Both the position numbers and the translations under genes were made by a program. Shown piece after piece: positions 56,609 to 64,000 of a DNA stretch of 64,000 bases. How positions within the stretch are numbered: the stretch's first letter is position 1; every line of letters starts with the position of its first letter. The stretch covers positions 36,146,001 to 36,210,000 of the forward strand of contig OX597829.1 in assembly GCA_951406725.2 (NCBI GenBank), in the 5' to 3' direction. Under the pieces are notes generated by a model that did not search any database, was not told where the DNA came from, and worked only from the letters and a program-made list of their open reading frames with translations. This stretch comes from Octopus vulgaris. Taxonomy: Eukaryota.

Positions 56609-57137
56609 CAGGCAGTGGCTCTCATGGCTTCTGATCTTAACTGATTGGAAGTGTTATCATGTACATTGTTTTGTCTTGGTATAAAAGATGGGCTACAGCA
56701 AATATTCTGCTCAATACTACAGATTTGCTTGTCAGTTGTTTGACCTTAACCAGTTGAGCATGTCCCTTAGTGGCTGATGATATGTGCATCTCTGATCACG
56801 AGCAGAAGTAGTGGGGGAGCATCATAGCCATATGTTGAGAGGGATTGTTTGGGGTTTGAATAATTCACCTCTGGAAACATGGGTGTTTCGTTCAACATCC
56901 TTAAACAACCCTTTTTCAGGGACCTTTTGAGCAGAATGGGTTACTCGACGAGAAGAAAATTCTAACTGGGCCCCACCTGCAAGGTCATGTGCTGTTTATC
57001 TTGATATGAGATCACCATATCGCGCACATATGGTTGTGATGCATGTGCCTGGTGCACCCTTATCAGACGGGTAGTCATGAGGGCTTCGTATATTTTACCC
57101 CAGTGTCACTTTGATGGCATGCACTGCTCTCTCACTC
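56609..57137 (+). mobile_element. Family C retroposon, longest copy (probable 3' region of an (AAT)n-targeting non-LTR element)
   Basis: About 530 bp with no ORF; four copies in the window, three sharing the 3' end, with staggered 5' ends and all abutting (AAT)n. Confidence 0.88.
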
Positions 57138-57154
57138 AATAATAGCAATAATAA

Positions 57155-57560
<406 letters not shown>

Positions 57561-57574
57561 GCTTAGAGCCAAGG

Positions 57575-57870
57575 ACCCCGGCTTCGCCAGATACTGTATC
57601 AGCTTTGATTTTATTGGCCGACTGTTCTTCAGTATCCTCCCAAAAGATCTGTGAGACTTACAATATGGTTGGTCTAGGTATCTTCAAAGCAAAACTAGAT
57701 CTTCTCATGTTAAGAGTTCCGTATGAACCTAGTCCGCAGCAGGAAATGCAAATAAGCGCAGCAATATCAACTTCCTTCATTCACCAGGTACCACATATTA
57801 AGTAAGGTTTCAATTATTGAAAGTGTAGCAAAACGAAATGTGGCCCCGCAGCTTGGCCGCAGTTCTTGAT
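57575..57870 (+). mobile_element. CR1-like LINE 3' end (ORF2 C-terminus and 3' UTR)
   Basis: RYCISFDFIGRLFFSILPKDL*DL..GLGIFKAKLDLLMLRVPYEP..AAISTSFIHQ fits the pattern ..G..LFN.LP..LR....FK.KLD..L..VPDEP. Confidence 0.7.
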
Positions 57871-57874
57871 CAAA

Positions 57875-57923
<49 letters not shown>

Positions 57924-58062
57924 GAGAGAGAGAGAGGGGGGAGTTGGAGGACACTTTTTGTTGAACCTGACCATACGGACCTAATCATTATATATATACG
58001 TACACACATACATACATATATTCATATATACAAAGTAAATTCATGCGCACACGTATAGTGTT

Positions 58063-58110
<48 letters not shown>

Positions 58111-58205
58111 TTGATTGTACGTCTATATGTATTTACTTATTTATGTACATATATACACGCATGTGTGTTTGTATGCGTGTGTGCATATGTCTTCATAAAC
58201 ATGTG

Positions 58206-58238
<33 letters not shown>

Positions 58239-58852
58239 ACATATATGTATGTATGCATGTATGTATATATCGAATAGCGTAAACGAGAAGTTCATGATTT
58301 TTAAATGAGTAATATTATATATAAATAATACAATAGTTTGTGCTTGTGTGTGTCTATATGCATGTGTGTGTTTGTGGGTGCCTTTGTGAATATACATTCT
58401 GCGTATTGTGTAAGTATGGTTAGTTGTTTGGTGAGTGTGTGAATGTGAAATGCGTGTTTTCACATCTTGGCAATTTTTCCTCTTAATATGACGTAATCAA
58501 TTAAATTATGTGATATTTAAAGATACAATATTATTCAAAATTCAAATGTTACTTACAAAGAAAGCTCTACTGAACTGTAAAATATAGATTTAAGCTAAAA
58601 CATTCAAAGAGGAATCTCTAAAGTGAAATAATATTCCACAACCTCCGTTTCCTTTAAGTAGCATAGTATGATTTATCTCTGTGGTCTCTTGGCAATTGAT
58701 ATTGATTTACCATATCCATATATAAATACACCAATACATTTATAGTACAAACACATGAACTTTCTGTCACACAGAAGAGAATATTTGTTCATACATAGAA
58801 TACACACACACACACTCAGACGCGCGCACTCACACACGCAGATACACACAAA

Positions 58853-58918
<66 letters not shown>

Positions 58919-58998
58919 ATATATATATAGATAGACAGACAGACGGACAGACAGACTGACAGACAAAAAGACAGACAGACATACAGATAGATAGATAC

Positions 58999-59099
<101 letters not shown>

Positions 59100-59342
59100 C
59101 AAGTAGTGTGGTTCTATGTTTTCCCGTGTATATATATATATATATATTTGGTTTTAAAACTACGCTTAAATAACTTGTGATGTGTACATTGCTCAATAGT
59201 TTAGCTTTAATAATGAATATATGTACCAAAGTATAGAGACATGGCCCCGTCTTTCTACATTGTTTATCTTATATTGATGCTCATCTAAAACTCACGTACA
59301 TTTAAATATATCTTGCTATTTGTAATTTTTCCTTCATATAAA

Positions 59343-59374
<32 letters not shown>

Positions 59375-59559
59375 TGCATGAGAATATATATATGCACGCG
59401 CGCGCTTGTGTGTAATTGTTCAAAGTAACAACATCCGCCTGATGATACACTTATAAACAAAACCACTTCAGGTATAGAAATACAGAAACAAAATAGGCAT
59501 GCAAACAGCGGATATACCGAAACTACGAATACTAAGAACGGTTGTCTATGCACACCTTA

Positions 59560-60151
59560 ATTGGTTATATTGGAGGAGGATGAGATAAACTACTTTCATC
59601 CACTTGTTATAAAAGCAGGTCGTAATTTAACAGTTATTTTTTTCAAAGCTATAATGGAAGTGACAAAAGAGCTTTACGAGTTCAATAAAGGCAACAATGC
59701 AAGGGAAAGTGCGAGGAATATTAATGCAGAATATGGGGATCGGAAAATAAGCGTAAAAAAATGTCAACTGTGGTTCCAGAAATTCCGAGCCGGAAACTAA
59801 AGCCTGGAAGACGAGTATCGATAACAAAAGAGATCTACTGCAAGCAACTTGAACGGTTTAAGTCAGCGCTAGAAGAAAAAGGACCATCTTTGGTTTCAAG
59901 ACAATAGGTGTACTTCCATCAGGATAATGTTCGACCACATACAGCGAGGATGACATTCCTAAAGCAAGAGCTGTTTAAATTAGAAACGATGCCCAACCCA
60001 CCATATTCGCCGGACATTGTCCCATCCGATTATCATTTATTCCGCAATCTTCGAAATCATTTGGACGGAAAAAAATATAAATTCTGTAGACGAGATCAGA
60101 ACAGTACTGGAGGAGTATTATTCGTCACGGTCAAGTGAATTTTGGAAGAAG
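59560..60151 (+). mobile_element. mariner transposase relic, internally deleted and 3'-truncated
   Basis: N-terminal HTH region MEVTKE.LYEFNKGNNARESARNIN..YG....WFQKFRAGN*SLEDE joined to FHQDNVRPHTA...PPYSPDIVPSDYHLFR (mariner D,D34D motifs). Confidence 0.92.
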
Positions 60152-60623
60152 GAACTCGTCAAATAAAATTTTGTGAATGTACAAACAGCTTGTTCATTTA
60201 TATAAAACAGATGGGGTTTTATTTTTTGGTGGGGAGGATGTTTAGAAGAGAACATTTTTTTTTTTTTTTTGTGGGGTGAGGTTCCATGACAATGGAGATG
60301 GATAGATAGAAATAAGATATACTTAATTTACAAATATTATACTAATGTTTTTTCATGCAGAACTACATTTCATCAAAAAATTATCTCCAAAGCTGAATGT
60401 TTTATTTGAAAAGCGGAGACAGTACATTTTGTATTCTAAATATAAGTGAAAGGGGAGAAAAAGAAAGAAAGAGGGAAAACAAGGAAAAAGGCATTCTGTG
60501 ATGACACCGTGCCTGGTTTTATATTTGAAGAGGTCACCATCCTTAAACCCGTTCCAATACAATGGTAAATAACTAAATGAATAAATGAATGATGAATAGG
60601 AAGGGGGATCGCCTATTTCTCTG

Positions 60624-60686
<63 letters not shown>

Positions 60687-61327
60687 GTCTATCCATTATC
60701 ATTGTCATGGAACCTCACCCGAAAGAATAAAAACAATGTTCTCTTATAAACAACCCCCTTCCCCAAATATCTCTTTTGTATAAATAAACAAGTTGTTTGT
60801 ATTGGGTTGTCCGGAAAGTTCGTGCCGATTTTTAAAGGAAAGAAAAGGGTCAATAAATACTTGCCATTACATTTTTAATCAACAAAATATGAACCATTTT
60901 GTTGCACAATGCGTCTCCATCTTTCCTTTAACTTGAAAATACCCTCTTCCCAGAATTGAGGTGGTTTCATGGCAAAGATTTCATCAAGGTATCATTTTAC
61001 GTCATCCAAGGAATTGTAATTTTTACCATTAAGACTATTCTGCGGAGAACTGAATAAGTGGAAATCCGAAGAAGCAATATCTGGTGAATATGGTGGGTAG
61101 GGTAAGTTTTGTCTGGTTCCCAAAGCATCAAGTGCCGAAAATGAACTTTCTTATCTTCCATTTTAAAGGGTTACAGAATTAACACAGTCCTCTGAATGGA
61201 AGTGTAGTAAAATCCTATTTTATGGACTCAACCATGTTCTAAAATAAGTCGAAAGGTAAGCTACTATAAATCGGCACGGACTTTCCAGACAACCCAATAG
61301 ATTCACAAAATTTTATTTAACGAGTTC
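60152..61327. mobile_element. Foldback element (arms about 160 bp) whose right arm is split by a mariner
   Basis: 60152-60310 is the reverse complement of 60685-60801 plus 61300-61327 (GAACTCGTCAAATAAAATTTTGTGAAT / ATTCACAAAATTTTATTTAACGAGTTC; GGGTGAGGTTCCATGACAATG / CATTGTCATGGAACCTCACCC). Confidence 0.85.
60802..61297 (-). mobile_element. Non-autonomous mariner with intact 30-bp TIRs and TA target duplication
   Basis: TA|TTGGGTTGTCCGGAAAGTTCGTGCCGATTT ... AAATCGGCACGGACTTTCCAGACAACCCAA|TA. Minus strand MEDKKVHFRHLMLWE is joined to PPYSPDIASSDFHLF...GIFKLKERWRRIVQQNGSYFVD*. Confidence 0.95.
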
Positions 61328-61439
61328 GAGAAACGAACGAAAGCGTTTATAATAGATTTTTTCCAAAATCCTGCCGACTTTTTTCAATTTCCGTACATCA
61401 TACCTAACACACACACACACTCTCTCTCTCTCTCTCTCT

Positions 61440-61554
<115 letters not shown>

Positions 61555-61593
61555 CATGCATACATAGATACATACATATTTATATGCATGTAC

Positions 61594-61646
<53 letters not shown>

Positions 61647-63512
61647 TACTTATATCCGAGATAAAAGAGGAAAAAATATTATCTTATGTTACCGGATTGT
61701 ACTACCCTCCAGAAATCTTCGTTTCTTTAAAAATCTGTGGGAAAGCATATAAACAAATATTTCGGAGCTATTAAATTTCCTACATTGATTATTAATTTAC
61801 CACGCTAATTACAATTATTAGTGCAGCTTGGTTATATTACTAAAAGACTTATAAGTAGTTTCGAAATGGTTTTTTTTTTTATAAGAGTGAGAATTACAAG
61901 TGGAAATTTTGAAAAAATCTTTACTGTTTTATTCTTCCGTTTTAGGACTAATTTTAAGGTGCGTATTTTCTCTTTAGAATGTGCCTTGAAAATACAGTTG
62001 CTAAACTACACATTAAAAATCATCCTGCTGTTTCTGAAGTTCTACTTTTTATCTGTTTGTCGTTTCTGTTTTTCTAAATACCAATGGAGAAACTTCATTT
62101 GTAAGAAACTAGACCGTTCTTTGTTGGAAGAATTCAAATAAAGAAAAATAAGAATATATGGATAATAAACACATACACATATACGCGCTATGCACACGCA
62201 CATATCAAAGTATATATAAACACACATATATGTACACATACATAGATAATTAATTAACTCTCTACAATGCTACTACTAACTAATCAACGTGCATGTGCTC
62301 CACATAACTAATGAGAGTGCTTCCACATGTTCGCTCGACATGCTTTCGGCTTCCTCGTCAAATCATCTTTTATTTGTTCATCATTCATATTTTCTTTGTT
62401 GAGGGTGACAATGTTGGATATACAATGTTAGAGAAACGGTTGGCAAAATTTAAGTAAACGGGTCTTATACCTTCAGTATTCAGTCCCAACAACATTTAAC
62501 CCTGCAATTATTTTCATCCGGTTCTTTTCTATCAAATTGTAAAATTAAGCTTTCGCACCAGTTTGTTTCTGCAATTACTTTATGTAGCAAATGTGACTGT
62601 TACCAAGATGATCATCAAAAGGAAGAATAGAAGGAGGAGAAGGTCAGTTGTGGTGGTAGTATTGAGTGTAAGTGATTACAATGTGGATGATGATGATGAT
62701 GATGATGATCGCTATCACTGTCGTCTTCATAATTACAAATAACGCTTTGATGCAATATCACTGAAGTAATATTTTTAAAAAAAAACAACATTCAAAAAGA
62801 TGTACAATAAAATACGATAAAATATTCATGATTCTAATGATGAGCTTCTGTCTGACTCTCTCCCTGTTAATCCCCTCGCTTTTACTCTATCATCACTCTT
62901 ACTTTAATCCTTCTCATTGCCTCACTATTACGCTGACTTTCTCTCTCTCTCTCTCAGAAGACACAGCTTAACACGAACACAGCTGCAACAAGGACATAGC
63001 AAAGCAATGAAAATATGTAGAAAAAAAAATCATGTAAATCTGAAGCAGATAAGCCACTTTACATGTTCATTGACACCCATAAGCAATAGTCAATGTGTGT
63101 AAATATATCTATGTATATGCGCGCTTATACATCTGTATATGAATGTGTATACATATATGCGCTCGAGTGTGTGTATAAACATACATGATATATATGTATG
63201 TATATATGTATAATGTTCGTTGGGCTCTTAGGGATATCTTTTTAACTATTACTTCCTTGTATCACAAGAAATTCTTTTTTGTTTCTGTATTGATAACATT
63301 ACTGATAATCATCAAAATATTTGAGAAAGACCGACTGCTTCGGCAGCCATTTAAATCCCAGGTGGTATCATAGCATACCTGAAAAATAATGGTTTATCAT
63401 AAGAAATACTTTCTCTGGTTATTGTCATTTTACTTAAGTTTGTTTCTTTTCGTAAATATATTTTTTTAGAAAGAGTGGCATTATATCTGTTGTTGACATT
63501 TGATTTCGCATC

Positions 63513-63877
<365 letters not shown>

Positions 63878-64000
63878 TATGGTCTTGTGCCAAAATTTGA
63901 AGCTATTATAATGGTTTTGTTTTTATTCTTTTTTATTTATCGTTATTTGCCACTTGAAAGAGAAGGAAAATGGAGAGATGTACAACGCGTCAGTTAATTT

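Noticed and set aside
59430-59525. ATCCGC-CTGATGA...GCGGAT possible hammerhead
   Set aside because: A stem I pair exists but no UH precedes it and stems II and III are not convincing.
59908-60138. Transposase ORF as a functional or domesticated gene
   Set aside because: An internal deletion removes the first catalytic Asp region; there are stops and frameshifts on both sides.

Overview
AT-rich eukaryotic non-coding DNA (intron or intergenic), very likely from an Octopus species. That assignment is inferred from the SINE families and the extreme microsatellite load, not from a database match. No intact protein-coding gene is supportable, and almost all ORFs in the supplied track are microsatellite read-through. 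The window is a mosaic of decayed mobile elements. There are at least three tRNA-type SINE families (called A, B and D here) and an (AAT)n-flanked retroposon 3' segment (family C). LINE relics belong to the R4/Dong, RTE, CR1-like and HERO-like groups. A Penelope-like (PLE) RT/GIY-YIG relic, three mariner relics (one with intact TIRs and TA duplication), a non-autonomous Helitron and several foldback elements are also present. Main observations: (1) a canonical-core minimal hammerhead ribozyme with an unusually large stem II insertion directly 3' of the PLE relic (24992-25093), plus three variant-core hammerhead-like motifs; (2) a recurring tail-to-tail geometry suggesting that SINE-B tails seed the (AAT)n tracts later targeted by Dong-type retroelements; (3) a three-layer nested insertion at 59.6-61.3 kb. 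None of this shows a wholly new system; these are testable variants of known retroelement biology. Coordinates of degenerate copies are approximate.
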